Shown here piece by piece: positions 1 through 9,169 of a stretch of DNA of 24,572 nucleotides (position 1 is the stretch's first letter; the number at the start of each line of letters is the position of its first letter). Source of the stretch: a virus (lineage: Duplodnaviria; Caudoviricetes); the IMG/VR virus record IMGVR_UViG_3300032112_000003, positions 1 through 24,572 of that record. The stretch is one strand, 5' to 3'. Below the pieces are notes generated by a model. The model saw only the letters and a program-made list of their open reading frames with translations, made no database searches and was not told where the DNA came from. The position numbers and the translations under genes are program-made.

Positions 1-202
1 CCAGCACGTAGTCCGTGCCGCCGATGGTACGGAGGAATTGCAGGGTCACGGCCACAGTGTCGTCGCTCGCGGCACGGAGGACACCAACCATGACGCCGCC
101 CGTGGGCGAAGTGAAGAAATCCTTGACGTTGGTGCTGTCGGCGTTCTGGAGCTTGACGCCGTAGTCCAGAGGGGTCGAGGGGAAAGCGGGCTTGTCGGCC
201 AT
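1..202 (-). CDS. Putative tail-associated protein, truncated by the window edge
   Basis: Not in the ORF track. GGAGG SD before ATG at 202; reads MADKPAFPSTPLDYGVKLQNADSTNVKDFFTSPTGGVMVGVLRAASDD... and stays open to position 1. Follows the tail fibre gene. Confidence 0.7.
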   Translation of the reverse strand, partial: MADKPAFPSTPLDYGVKLQNADSTNVKDFFTSPTGGVMVGVLRAASDDTVAVTLQFLRTIGGTDYVL

Positions 203-211
203 GGTGTCCTC

Positions 212-868
212 CTACCAGCCGAGGCTGGGATATTCGTTGAAAAGATACAGGGTCGATCCGGCGGAAGATGCATTGCCCAACTGCGACGCGGGCACTTGCC
301 CACCGCTGTCAAGCGTGGCCACGCCACCAGGCATCCCCGGAGCCAGGCTTGCCGCGCTCGCGGCGGCCTGGGCTGCGCTGGCTGCTGAGGCGTCCGCGTT
401 CGTCTTCGAAGCCAACGCGTCCGCCGCGATCTGGTCGGGGTCGATGGTGCCGCTGAGACTGCTGGTCTCGCCGACCTTCAGGCAGCGGTCGAGCACCTCC
501 TGTTGCTGCTGGGAGATGCAGACGGCCCGATCCACGGCATCCTCGATGACCGCCGCGGGAAAGGGGTCGTTGTCCACCCAATCGGTGTTCTGGGTCAGGG
601 GTACCACCCGCTTGACCAGAAGCTTCTCGCCGACCGCCGGAGGGCTGGCGGCCTGTGTGCCGACCAGGGTCACGTTGCCCCCGGCATCGGAGCCGACGCC
701 GGACACCGTGAAGTGGGTGGTCAGGGTCAAGGGGGTCTCTGTCCCGTCCACGGCCCGGCGGATTACCACCATGTCCGAGGCGGCGAAGATCTTGAACGTA
801 TACGGGAAGACGGTTTGCACCCCGTCGCCCGCGTAGAGCGCCTTGTTGGTCTGCGTGGCGATGGTCAT
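212..868 (-). CDS. Short tail fibre/adaptor with T7 gp17-like N-terminal attachment domain (218 aa)
   Basis: N-terminus YAGDGVQTVFPYTF...R..PLTQ..D...NDPFPA..IEDAVDR is typical of podovirus fibre anchors. Ala-rich coil and GVATLDSGGQVPASQL motif follow. ATGA-coupled to the upstream gene. Confidence 0.85.
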   Translation of the reverse strand: MTIATQTNKALYAGDGVQTVFPYTFKIFAASDMVVIRRAVDGTETPLTLTTHFTVSGVGSDAGGNVTLVGTQAASPPAVGEKLLVKRVVPLTQNTDWVDNDPFPAAVIEDAVDRAVCISQQQQEVLDRCLKVGETSSLSGTIDPDQIAADALASKTNADASAASAAQAAASAASLAPGMPGGVATLDSGGQVPASQLGNASSAGSTLYLFNEYPSLGW

Positions 869-3800
869 CTTCCTGCCCTCTTTTCAGCGTTTCTCATGTC
901 CACCATGTCTGCTATCCTCGGGTTCTCCTCGTAGAGCCTGTCCCTGGCCATCTCCTGGAAGGCGTGAATCACGTCCAAGATGGAGGCAGCCGCCGATTGC
1001 CCGTCCCTGTCCTTCAGCCGCTGGTAGCCGGGCGAGGCGATGTACTCGTTGAGCCAGTCCTTGATTGTCATGGGCGTGCCCTTCCATGACATGGTGACCT
1101 CGCCCACGAGTTCCATGTAGCGGCTGTACTCCGCCTTGGTTAGTTCCACCTCGCCGCCCCTGATTTTGATGGTCTCCTTTGGCATCTGCACGCCCATGCC
1201 GAGCTCCAGCATCTCGCGGTCAATGGGAGAACCGTTGTCCTTCTTCAGTTTCACCGGGGACCACCAGGCGACCTCGGGACCGAACTGCGTTGAGAGTACC
1301 GGTTCGCCGAACAGGTTGCGGCGCACGGGCAGCGTGCCGCGCGCGCCGGGCATGCGGTTCAGGGCCGCGTCCAACACGCCGCCGACGAGCCGAATCTCCG
1401 GGTCCTGGGCCATGGCCCAGTTGCCCAGGTAGGCCGGAACGAAGGAGCCGCCAAGCCCGCCGATGAACGTCTCCGCGTAGCGGCCCGGGTCGGAAAGCAC
1501 GTTGGTGAGGTCGGAGACGCCCTTGAGGAACGTCTTGCTGGTGATGTTCTTCGAGAAGGCCACCGTGAGCGCCGAGGCAAGTTCGCTCGGGCTGCTCTCA
1601 GGCTCGAGATTCCACGTGTTGTAGGCCTGATGGAAGTCCGCCGCCAGGGCGAAGAAGGTGGTCACGGGCTCGCCCACGCCGCCCCAGCTGTACCAGTTGT
1701 CTCCGATCTTCACGCTGTACGGCTGGTTGGTGAGCAGCCATACGGCGCGCTCGCCAGGGTCGGTCGGGCCGCCGCCCGTGATGACGCCCTGGTCCACCAG
1801 CGATGTGGCCCATGCCATGAGGGCGGAGCCTACGGCCACTTGGGCGAGAGCCAACTCCGCGCGCGCCCCTCCGGCCCGGATGTCGTCCCGGAAGCCCTTG
1901 AAAGCCGGGGCCAAGGGAGTGCGGACCATGGTGTACTGGAAGATGTTCCATGGCGTGCGGATGAAGGGAATGAATATCTTCCCCATGAAGGATTGGTTGA
2001 TGCTGTGGGAAAGGCTGCCTATGGCCCCTTCAAGCTCCTTGTTGAAGGTCCGCGCCTTGGCCGCGTCCAGGGCGCGCGCGGCGATGTAGTCTGGCGGGTC
2101 GTTGAGGAGTTCCTGCGCCCTGGCCCCGAGGTCGCGCCCGTCCTTGCCTTCCATGCTGGCCTGCCGGTAGGCAAGGCGGCGCAGTTCGGCCCGGAATGTC
2201 TCGTTCTTGAAAAACTCGTCTTCGGCCCCCAGCACGCGGCCCGGAATGTTGATGAAGTCCCAAAGGACATCCGCCGCCTTGCCTGCGAGGCCCATTTCCG
2301 ATCCGTCTCCCATGGTCACTTCCGGGCGGGCCTCGGTCTTGTTCACGCCGAACTTGCTCTCTCCGGTCTTGAGCGCCATCCCGGCCAAGCGGAAGGAATC
2401 GCCGAGAGCCCCCAGGTAGCCGAAGAGGAGTTCACGAGCCTCGCCAAGTTCAACGTGTTCGCTGGCCCGGCTACCAAGAGCCTTGTTGGCTACGCCGACC
2501 AGGGAGGCCACGGCGGTTTCTGGCACGGCCATGGCGGCGGTCAGGGTGTTGCCCACGGTGTTGCGGATGTGGGTGGGCACGCCTGAGAGCATGGAGTGGT
2601 AACGCCAGCCGAGCACCCAATCCTTCCAGGTCTTCTTCGTGGCCTGCTTGGCGGCTACGTTGAGTTGGGTCAGGTCCGCGCCCTGGTCGGCCATGTCCGC
2701 GATGGAATTGGCCATTTCCTGCACGGCCTTGCGTCCGCCTACTGAATCTATCAACTGCCTGAACGCGTCCAGTGATGTCTCGCCGGGCGTGACGATTCCC
2801 GGGGCGGCCGGGGTCTCGCCGGGCATTCGGAACTCGGGCGCGGCACCCGGCTGGGACCTCACCCGGTTCGGGTTCATGTAGACGCCGGGGGCCACTTCCA
2901 CGGTCCCGGCCATCTGCCGGAAGGAGCGCAGCGCGCGCCCGGCCTCGGCGGCGATGCCGGACACCTGAGCCTGGAGGCCGATGTGGAGCTCCAGGCGGCG
3001 GCGGAAGTCCAAGAGTTCAGAGTCCGAGTTCCGGCCAGAGCGGACGGACCTCGCCAGATCGGCCAGGTTCTGCGCGGAGTTGTAAAGAATGATGCGCGAG
3101 GCCAGGGCGTATTCGGCGTTGAACGCCTCTCCCTGGCGGCGTTGCAGGAGCGTTTCCTCAGTCAGTCCCAGGTCGCCAGCAACGTCCCTGGTGGTGGCCC
3201 CCAGAAGATCCAGCGCTCCCTCGCGCACGGCGGCATCGCCGACAATGCCACGCCGGGCAGCCTCCATCTGGGGCTTGAGCGCGTCCGCCGTGGCCTGGAT
3301 AACGCCTTGCACGTCACCAAGGGACTCGACCTTCTCTAGGTTGATGTTGACCGCGTATTTGCGGAACTCGGTCGGGAGCGTGCCACGGATCATGGTCTCC
3401 TGGGCTGCATCCACGCGCTCGCGGACCTCCACCAGTTGGTCCGGCGCGCCGCCGAATTCCCATGGCCGCAAGGTGAAAGGGCGGACCTGATTGGATTCGG
3501 TCTTGCCAGAAGGTCCGGGAGTGGATATGTTTTTTTCGGCAGCGGGTGCCGAGGGAGCGTTCCCCGATGACACATCCGCCTGGTGGTGAGGAGGCGCTTC
3601 TTTGGCCACCACACTAATAACCCTGGCCGCATTCCGGTCGGGGCTTTTTCTTTCCTGCCATTTGGTCTGCACCTCGGCGTTCCACGCGACTATGACATCC
3701 CACAAGTCCTTCTGTGTGTCTGTGTCGAAATACTTCTTCAGAAAGAAGACTTTTTCCGCGCTATCTCCCTGAAACTCGACCTTAATGTCCGCGTCTTTGA

Positions 3801-6003
3801 GCGTCCTCGGGAACGTGTGGATGAAATCTTTTCTGGATGGGTCCTTCTCCGGGAAAAAGTGGTTCTCGGGAATCACGTCACCATTCTTCTGGCGGAACTT
3901 CATGTCCGCGCCTTCCGGGAACAGAGCCTCGGCTATCTGATACAGAGCCTTGACGTATTCGGCATAGTTGTCCAGCTTCAACCTAGACACATTTTCCGGG
4001 GTGATGTCTTTTAAATATCCTGTGAGCGCATCCCTGTTCTTCAGAAAGTCATCCTGTACTTTCACCTCGTCCTTGTAGAATGACACCTTGAGCGTGCCAC
4101 TGTCGTTCCGCAGCACCTTGACCATGTTGGAGCGGACTTCCGCGCTATCCACGCCCGCCATCTCCACGCCGCCCTCAAGCCCGGCAGTGCGCCTGAACGC
4201 CGCCTCGATGGAGTCCGGCAACTTGCTGCCATCGATCTCCCCGGCACGCTTGAACACGGCGGACAGAACCTCTTTCACCTTGGCGAAGACGGGCGTCACG
4301 CCGTCCTTCGGGGTCGGGTCCTCCCATGCCTTGCTCTCCACAAACCACGCCGTGTAAGCCTCCACCACGAACTCGCGGAAGGCGCGATCGTAGTTCTGCT
4401 GGCCAGGACGCCTTCCGGTGATCTGCTCGAACGCCTGACGCAGCTCCTGTCCGGCCTTCACGAAATCGGCTGTCACGTCCTGGCCGCCCACGTTCACGGT
4501 GATCTCGCCGCGCTCGGCCCGGCCGATCTGGTCCAACATGCGGTGCCCAAACTCATGGATAACCGTCCCGGCGTCATGACCACTGTAGAGGTCCACCACC
4601 GCCTTGAACACGCCCTCCTCGAACGATGTGGTGGCCTTGCCGACGATCTGTCCGACTTCACCCACCTTGAGCCCGGCAGCCTCGGATATCTGCGCGGATG
4701 CCAGCAAGAGTTCGTCGCTCACCTTGAACTGCGTCTGGGCGTCCAGTTCGGGCATGCGAGCGGCCAAGGTCTTCACCAGGTTATAGCTGGCCTGATCCAT
4801 TTGCCCGGCACGCAGAGCCTCATAGGCGGCGGCCACGTTCTCGGAGAAGGGCGCGGCCTCGGAAGCGGTCAGGCGGCGCACGTCGAGCCAGCCTTCCGGT
4901 TTGCCGCCGCCGAAAGCCCCGAACAGTCCCTGGGTGGCGGCGCCGACCATGACCTCTTCCATGGTCCCGAACTGGCCCTGGTTGATCTTGGCCGGGTCAA
5001 GGGCGGCGTCCACCGCTCCCCATCCGGCCTGGGAGGCCACACGCCCGAGCATGTTGAAGACGTCAGTGCCCACGTTCATGACGCGGTTCGTGGCCCACTT
5101 GAACGACCCGGCGGCGGCGTCCACGGCGGCAGCGCCGACAGGGTTGGCCGTGACCTGGTTGCCGATGGAGGGGGTCTCGCCGGGCCTCGCGCCGAACTGC
5201 TGCTGGTGCGCGGATTTGATGATCTCGCGCATTGGGTACCAGCCGCCGCCGTATGCGAACTCCAGCATGCCCACGGGGGCCTGCCCCAGGGCGGAAAAGA
5301 GTGTGGACCAGAAATCCTTGACGGTGACCTGCTTGTCGAAGTGCTTGGCGTAGTGGTCGGTCCAGGCCAGCCAATTCTCGAACAGCTTGACCTTGCTCAC
5401 GCCCATGCGCTCAAGATCCGCGTCCATGTACCCGGCATCGCGGAGGCGGGTTTCCACGAGTTTGTGCGCCAGGTCGGCCATATCGTCCATGGCCTCGACC
5501 ACGCCGCCGATGGACTTCCAGGCTCCGGACATGAAGGAGGATCCTTGAGAGCGGTAGACCTCAACGGCGCGGGAGAAAAAGCCGGGCTTGCCGTCCTCGG
5601 GAGGCGTCTCCTGGGCGGACTCCTTCGGCGTGGCGCTCGGCTGCCCCGCCTGACGGGCGGGCTCTTCACCAGCCGATGCACCACCTGGGGCGAAACCTGG
5701 GGCGGGCTGCCCCAACCCCATGGCGGCCAGCACTTCCGGCTTCCTGGTGCGTTCCCACTCGGTGAGCGGGTCCGGCTTGGGCTGGGCCACACCCATGCGC
5801 TCCATGTCGGCCTGGGCACGGGCGAACTCGCGGTCGTCGGCCCGCTGCATGAACAGGTCGTCAATTCCGTCCTCGTCAGGGCCGCCCATGCCGCCTGTCG
5901 CGCCCGGTGCGGGCGTGTAGTCCGGCTCCTGCCCACCGTAGATGGTGACGTGCAGGGTCTGCTTACCGTCCGGGCCGGTTGTGACGGTGCCGTCTTTGAC
6001 CAT
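865..6003 (-). CDS. Large internal virion/DNA ejection protein (gp16 position), polyvalent: HExxH zincin-like peptidase, putative PBECR-like nuclease domain, conserved C-terminal region (1712 aa)
   Basis: Last internal protein before the fibre. HEFGH at 4543-4557; low-GC domain at about 3480-4130; C-terminal GGGP..P......QPYSVKIGDNWYSW...EP motif typical of such ejection proteins. Confidence 0.8.
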   Translation of the reverse strand: MVKDGTVTTGPDGKQTLHVTIYGGQEPDYTPAPGATGGMGGPDEDGIDDLFMQRADDREFARAQADMERMGVAQPKPDPLTEWERTRKPEVLAAMGLGQPAPGFAPGGASAGEEPARQAGQPSATPKESAQETPPEDGKPGFFSRAVEVYRSQGSSFMSGAWKSIGGVVEAMDDMADLAHKLVETRLRDAGYMDADLERMGVSKVKLFENWLAWTDHYAKHFDKQVTVKDFWSTLFSALGQAPVGMLEFAYGGGWYPMREIIKSAHQQQFGARPGETPSIGNQVTANPVGAAAVDAAAGSFKWATNRVMNVGTDVFNMLGRVASQAGWGAVDAALDPAKINQGQFGTMEEVMVGAATQGLFGAFGGGKPEGWLDVRRLTASEAAPFSENVAAAYEALRAGQMDQASYNLVKTLAARMPELDAQTQFKVSDELLLASAQISEAAGLKVGEVGQIVGKATTSFEEGVFKAVVDLYSGHDAGTVIHEFGHRMLDQIGRAERGEITVNVGGQDVTADFVKAGQELRQAFEQITGRRPGQQNYDRAFREFVVEAYTAWFVESKAWEDPTPKDGVTPVFAKVKEVLSAVFKRAGEIDGSKLPDSIEAAFRRTAGLEGGVEMAGVDSAEVRSNMVKVLRNDSGTLKVSFYKDEVKVQDDFLKNRDALTGYLKDITPENVSRLKLDNYAEYVKALYQIAEALFPEGADMKFRQKNGDVIPENHFFPEKDPSRKDFIHTFPRTLKDADIKVEFQGDSAEKVFFLKKYFDTDTQKDLWDVIVAWNAEVQTKWQERKSPDRNAARVISVVAKEAPPHHQADVSSGNAPSAPAAEKNISTPGPSGKTESNQVRPFTLRPWEFGGAPDQLVEVRERVDAAQETMIRGTLPTEFRKYAVNINLEKVESLGDVQGVIQATADALKPQMEAARRGIVGDAAVREGALDLLGATTRDVAGDLGLTEETLLQRRQGEAFNAEYALASRIILYNSAQNLADLARSVRSGRNSDSELLDFRRRLELHIGLQAQVSGIAAEAGRALRSFRQMAGTVEVAPGVYMNPNRVRSQPGAAPEFRMPGETPAAPGIVTPGETSLDAFRQLIDSVGGRKAVQEMANSIADMADQGADLTQLNVAAKQATKKTWKDWVLGWRYHSMLSGVPTHIRNTVGNTLTAAMAVPETAVASLVGVANKALGSRASEHVELGEARELLFGYLGALGDSFRLAGMALKTGESKFGVNKTEARPEVTMGDGSEMGLAGKAADVLWDFINIPGRVLGAEDEFFKNETFRAELRRLAYRQASMEGKDGRDLGARAQELLNDPPDYIAARALDAAKARTFNKELEGAIGSLSHSINQSFMGKIFIPFIRTPWNIFQYTMVRTPLAPAFKGFRDDIRAGGARAELALAQVAVGSALMAWATSLVDQGVITGGGPTDPGERAVWLLTNQPYSVKIGDNWYSWGGVGEPVTTFFALAADFHQAYNTWNLEPESSPSELASALTVAFSKNITSKTFLKGVSDLTNVLSDPGRYAETFIGGLGGSFVPAYLGNWAMAQDPEIRLVGGVLDAALNRMPGARGTLPVRRNLFGEPVLSTQFGPEVAWWSPVKLKKDNGSPIDREMLELGMGVQMPKETIKIRGGEVELTKAEYSRYMELVGEVTMSWKGTPMTIKDWLNEYIASPGYQRLKDRDGQSAAASILDVIHAFQEMARDRLYEENPRIADMVDMRNAEKRAGR
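3503..3531 (+). promoter_or_regulatory. Putative sigma70 promoter antisense to the nuclease-like cassette
   Basis: TTGCCA (3503-3508), 17-nt spacer, TATGTT (3526-3531). Lies in the linker at the C-terminal end of the low-GC cassette. Confidence 0.55.
3538..3615 (+). ncRNA. Candidate structured antisense small RNA
   Basis: Immediately downstream of the promoter: short hairpins GGCA-gcggg-TGCC and GGGA-gcgt-TCCC, then a 31-nt imperfect stem at 3581-3611 (TGGTGGT-GAGGAG-gcg-CTTCTT-tg-GCCACCA). The 3' end is unknown. Confidence 0.3.
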
Positions 6004-7607
6004 TATTTCCCTTCCCTACGCTTGAAGGATTCGATCTTGTCCTTGAGGGCCTTGCGGTCCTTGGAGCGCTCCACGACGCTGCCCAGCGCCCGCCATTCAC
6101 GCATGAAATCATCCTTGGTCATCCGCCCGGCGGCCAGGTCATCGTTCAGCTGCCTGTAGGCCGGGGCCATGTCCTCGGGCCGCTCGGGAACGGCGGAAAC
6201 GTACCTGTTCTTGGCGACGGGAGCGTTGAGTTCGGGGCTGTATTCCAGGATGGCTTCCGCCAGTGCCTGCCCCGGCGCGACGCCAGCTTGGACGCGCTTC
6301 TTGATGTGGTCCTCAGCCTTAATGATGGAGTCCGCCACCTGGGCGCGCAGGGTCTCGTCATACTTGGCGGCCTGCTTCACACCAGGGGTGTTGAAGAGGA
6401 TGTCCACCTGCTTCATGGCGCTTTGGGCCTCGGGCTGCTGGAGTTCCTTGCGCCCGATGGACTCCGAGAGGTTGTAGTAGTCACCGCCAGACAGGTGCTT
6501 CTCGTTATCCAGGAGCATTTCGCGGGTGAGTTCTCCCCTGGCGGCGGCGCGAAGCAGGCCGTCCTTCACCGCCGGGTCAGACTGCCGGATGGTCCCTTGC
6601 GCCATGTCGTAGAGATGCTGGGCCTGCCCGGCGCGGAGTTTCCCCGAGTCCACCAGCGCGGAGATGGTCTTGAGGTCGTATTTCCCCCTGGCCGCCTCCG
6701 GGTTGGCCTTGATATCCTCCCAGATGGAATACGCCAGCTTGTCCTGGCGCTCGCCAAGGGCGGACCTGGCTTCCGCCTGGGCGCGGCGGGACTCGGCGAT
6801 CAGGTGCTTCTCCGTGGCGTCCGCCATGTTGCCCAGCTTAACCAGCTGCTGCACGTCCAGCTTGTCAGCCCACACGCCGCCGCGAATCTCCGCGATGGCC
6901 TGCCGGGCGTACTTGGGATCATCGAGCTTGCCCTGGATGTGGGCCACGACGGCTTTGTTCTCGAACTTGCCCGCCGCGATCTCCGCATCCGCCGGGGAAA
7001 TCCAGATGCCGTTGACCCCGTGGGCCATGTAGGCGGCCTTGCCCTGGTCCAGGACGCCCTGGAGTTGCGCCGGGTCGCGGGTGAAGTATGCCGCCCTGAG
7101 AAGTTGCTGGTCGGCTTGGTCCTGGACGGCGGACGCGTGTTCCTTGAACTTCGCCCGCGCGAACTTCTCCCCGGCCACCTGGAAGTGCGCCATGCGGACG
7201 TCGATGTCCTGTTCGGCGTACTGCCTGGCTCTGTCGTTGGGGGCGTCCTCAAGGAGGGACTGCTTGAGCTTCCCGAGTCGTTCCTGGAGGTCTGATGGAG
7301 CCTTGAGCGCGTCCTGTCCGGAAACGGTCCCCTCCCACTCGCCCATGGCTTTGGTGCCCTCGATCTCGGCGGCCGCCCGCTTGGACTGGACGTAGGTCAG
7401 CGCCTCCTGCTCCTCGATGCGTTTGGTGAAGGCGTAGACGTCCTTGCCCACGGCGGCCAGGGTCTGCCCGGCGTCGGCAAGGGTGGCGGACTCGATGGCC
7501 TGGGCGCGTCCTGCCGCCGCCGTGCCCTCGCGCAGCCCGGCGGAAGGGGAGGACACCTCGGCGAAGGGCGTTGGCGTTCCGCCCAGGGCGAAAGCGGGAA
7601 TTCTCAC
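6003..7607 (-). CDS. Internal virion/ejection protein (gp15 position, 534 aa)
   Basis: Helical Ala/Gln/Lys-rich protein with an MRIP-type N-terminus, lying between the gp14-like and gp16-like genes and coupled on both sides. Confidence 0.7.
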   Translation of the reverse strand: MRIPAFALGGTPTPFAEVSSPSAGLREGTAAAGRAQAIESATLADAGQTLAAVGKDVYAFTKRIEEQEALTYVQSKRAAAEIEGTKAMGEWEGTVSGQDALKAPSDLQERLGKLKQSLLEDAPNDRARQYAEQDIDVRMAHFQVAGEKFARAKFKEHASAVQDQADQQLLRAAYFTRDPAQLQGVLDQGKAAYMAHGVNGIWISPADAEIAAGKFENKAVVAHIQGKLDDPKYARQAIAEIRGGVWADKLDVQQLVKLGNMADATEKHLIAESRRAQAEARSALGERQDKLAYSIWEDIKANPEAARGKYDLKTISALVDSGKLRAGQAQHLYDMAQGTIRQSDPAVKDGLLRAAARGELTREMLLDNEKHLSGGDYYNLSESIGRKELQQPEAQSAMKQVDILFNTPGVKQAAKYDETLRAQVADSIIKAEDHIKKRVQAGVAPGQALAEAILEYSPELNAPVAKNRYVSAVPERPEDMAPAYRQLNDDLAAGRMTKDDFMREWRALGSVVERSKDRKALKDKIESFKRREGK

Positions 7608-8716
7608 GGCACGCTCCTTTGCCAGAATTCAAGGGGCTGGGTCTGCACGGGCTGGGTCTGGGGTATCTGGGTCTTCGTGGCGGCGGCCCCGCCCCACAAC
7701 CCGGAGTCGCGCCCGATCTTGTATATGTCGCTGGCCCCGGTGAGCAGGCTTGTCCCGGCCTTGGTGACGCCAGCATTCAGGGCGGAGGAGCCTGCCGCGT
7801 CGTACATGGACGCGCTCCCCACCGATGCCGAGCCCTGCAACGCCTGATTGTAAGCCCCCATGGTCACCTGGTTGACTTTGTTATCGGAGCCCATCTTCAT
7901 CTTGAGGGCCGTCCGCCATCCCTCTTCCTCGGTCAGGGCGATCTCACGCGAGGCCTCGACCTTGTTGCGCTCCAGGGCGAAGGAGAGTTCCAGGTTCTGC
8001 TCGTCGATCTGGGTCAGGGCGTCCCGCATCATGCCCGCCGCCTGCGCGTGGGCGGCCTGGCGCTTGAGGCTGGCGGAAAGCGTGGTGTCCAGCTGGATGT
8101 CGTCCACCTGCATTCCGCCCAGAATGGAAATGGCCTGTTGGCGCACCCCGGCCATCTGCTCCTCGTGCTTGAGCACGTCCAGGGCCGAACCGGTGGCCGC
8201 GACCATCCTGGCCCCGAAGCTGGCCCGCTGAAGCCCGATGGCCTTGGCGTCATCCGCCGCCTGCATGGTCTGCTTGAAGCGCGTCTGCGTCCTGACCTGG
8301 GCGGCCTGGGCATCGCCCTTGGCTTCGATGGCCCGTGCCTCGGATTCGGCCAAAACCACGGCGTCCTTGCCACGTGCCATCGTGGTGTCGGCCATGGCCA
8401 TGGCGGACCCGGCGGCCTTAGCCCTGGCCTGGGACTGGTCGAACTCGGAGATGGTCTTGAGCCAGCTGGCCTGGCGCTCGGTGGCGAACGCCAGATAGTC
8501 CAGGTCCAGCGCCGTCTCGGCCTGGATGCGCTTGGCCTCATACCCGGCCAGAACCACGTTGAGGATGGACTTCTCGTTTTCGAGCAGGGCCAGCTTCTTC
8601 TGGTTGTTGGCGGCGGTTTGGGCGGCGACTGCGCCCTGGGCGTTGCCCATGATGCTCATTCCCGTCCCAGCTGCGGACAGGGCCAGTCCCGCGACGGCGA
8701 TCACCGGGAAAGCCAT
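7604..8716 (-). CDS. Internal virion/ejection protein (gp14 position, 370 aa)
   Basis: Hydrophobic Ala/Gly N-terminus, central GLQRASFGA...GSALDV motif and Gly/Ala/Ser-rich C-terminus; synteny. Confidence 0.72.
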   Translation of the reverse strand: MAFPVIAVAGLALSAAGTGMSIMGNAQGAVAAQTAANNQKKLALLENEKSILNVVLAGYEAKRIQAETALDLDYLAFATERQASWLKTISEFDQSQARAKAAGSAMAMADTTMARGKDAVVLAESEARAIEAKGDAQAAQVRTQTRFKQTMQAADDAKAIGLQRASFGARMVAATGSALDVLKHEEQMAGVRQQAISILGGMQVDDIQLDTTLSASLKRQAAHAQAAGMMRDALTQIDEQNLELSFALERNKVEASREIALTEEEGWRTALKMKMGSDNKVNQVTMGAYNQALQGSASVGSASMYDAAGSSALNAGVTKAGTSLLTGASDIYKIGRDSGLWGGAAATKTQIPQTQPVQTQPLEFWQRSVP

Positions 8717-8719
8717 GGT

Positions 8720-9169
8720 CTACCCCCTCACCCTGGCGAACATGATGTAGTCCCCGCCTTCGGGCCCGTAGCCGCGCAGCAGGCCCTCGGCCTGGAATCC
8801 AAGCCAGCAGATGAACCGCCTGGCCACTTCGTTTTCGGCCATGACCACCGCCTGCAGGCGGCGAAGTTCGAGCGTCGATTCCGCCATCCTGACGAAGGAC
8901 ATGGAGCGCTTGGCCAGGGCGTGCGGGTAGCGCGCCGCGAGGTCCCCGACCCGCATCCACATCTGCCCCACGCCCTCCCAGAACATGGAGACGCCCGCGC
9001 AGGCCACCACGCCATCGGGCGCAACCAGCGCCACCCCGCCGCTCTTGACCAGGCCGGCGCGCACCCCATGTTCAGCCGGGCCAAGCGCGGCCACGTAGGC
9101 CGCGTGGTCTTCCCGGAGGCGGATGGACATCAAATGGTCCATGGAGAGGACTTCCATGCGCACGCTCAT
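8720..9169 (-). CDS. GNAT-fold protein (T7 gp13/internal virion protein A position)
   Basis: ENEVARRFICWLGFQAEG GNAT-like C-terminal motif. Start moved to ATG 9169, which overlaps the stop of the nozzle's true C-terminal frame (ATGA). Confidence 0.75.
   Translation of the reverse strand: MSVRMEVLSMDHLMSIRLREDHAAYVAALGPAEHGVRAGLVKSGGVALVAPDGVVACAGVSMFWEGVGQMWMRVGDLAARYPHALAKRSMSFVRMAESTLELRRLQAVVMAENEVARRFICWLGFQAEGLLRGYGPEGGDYIMFARVRG

Noticed and set aside
2777-2825. Short direct repeat GTCTCGCCGGGC (PGET twice)
   Set aside because: Low-complexity linker in GC-rich coding DNA with no further structure.
3583-4014. + strand ORF (143 aa) downstream of the antisense promoter, and a TTG-start ORF at 3602 behind GAGGAGG, as possible protein antitoxins
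   Set aside because: Neither looks protein-like, the 3602 ORF is the exact codon shadow of the main gene, and the SD is sequestered in the hairpin. Not excluded without ribosome profiling.
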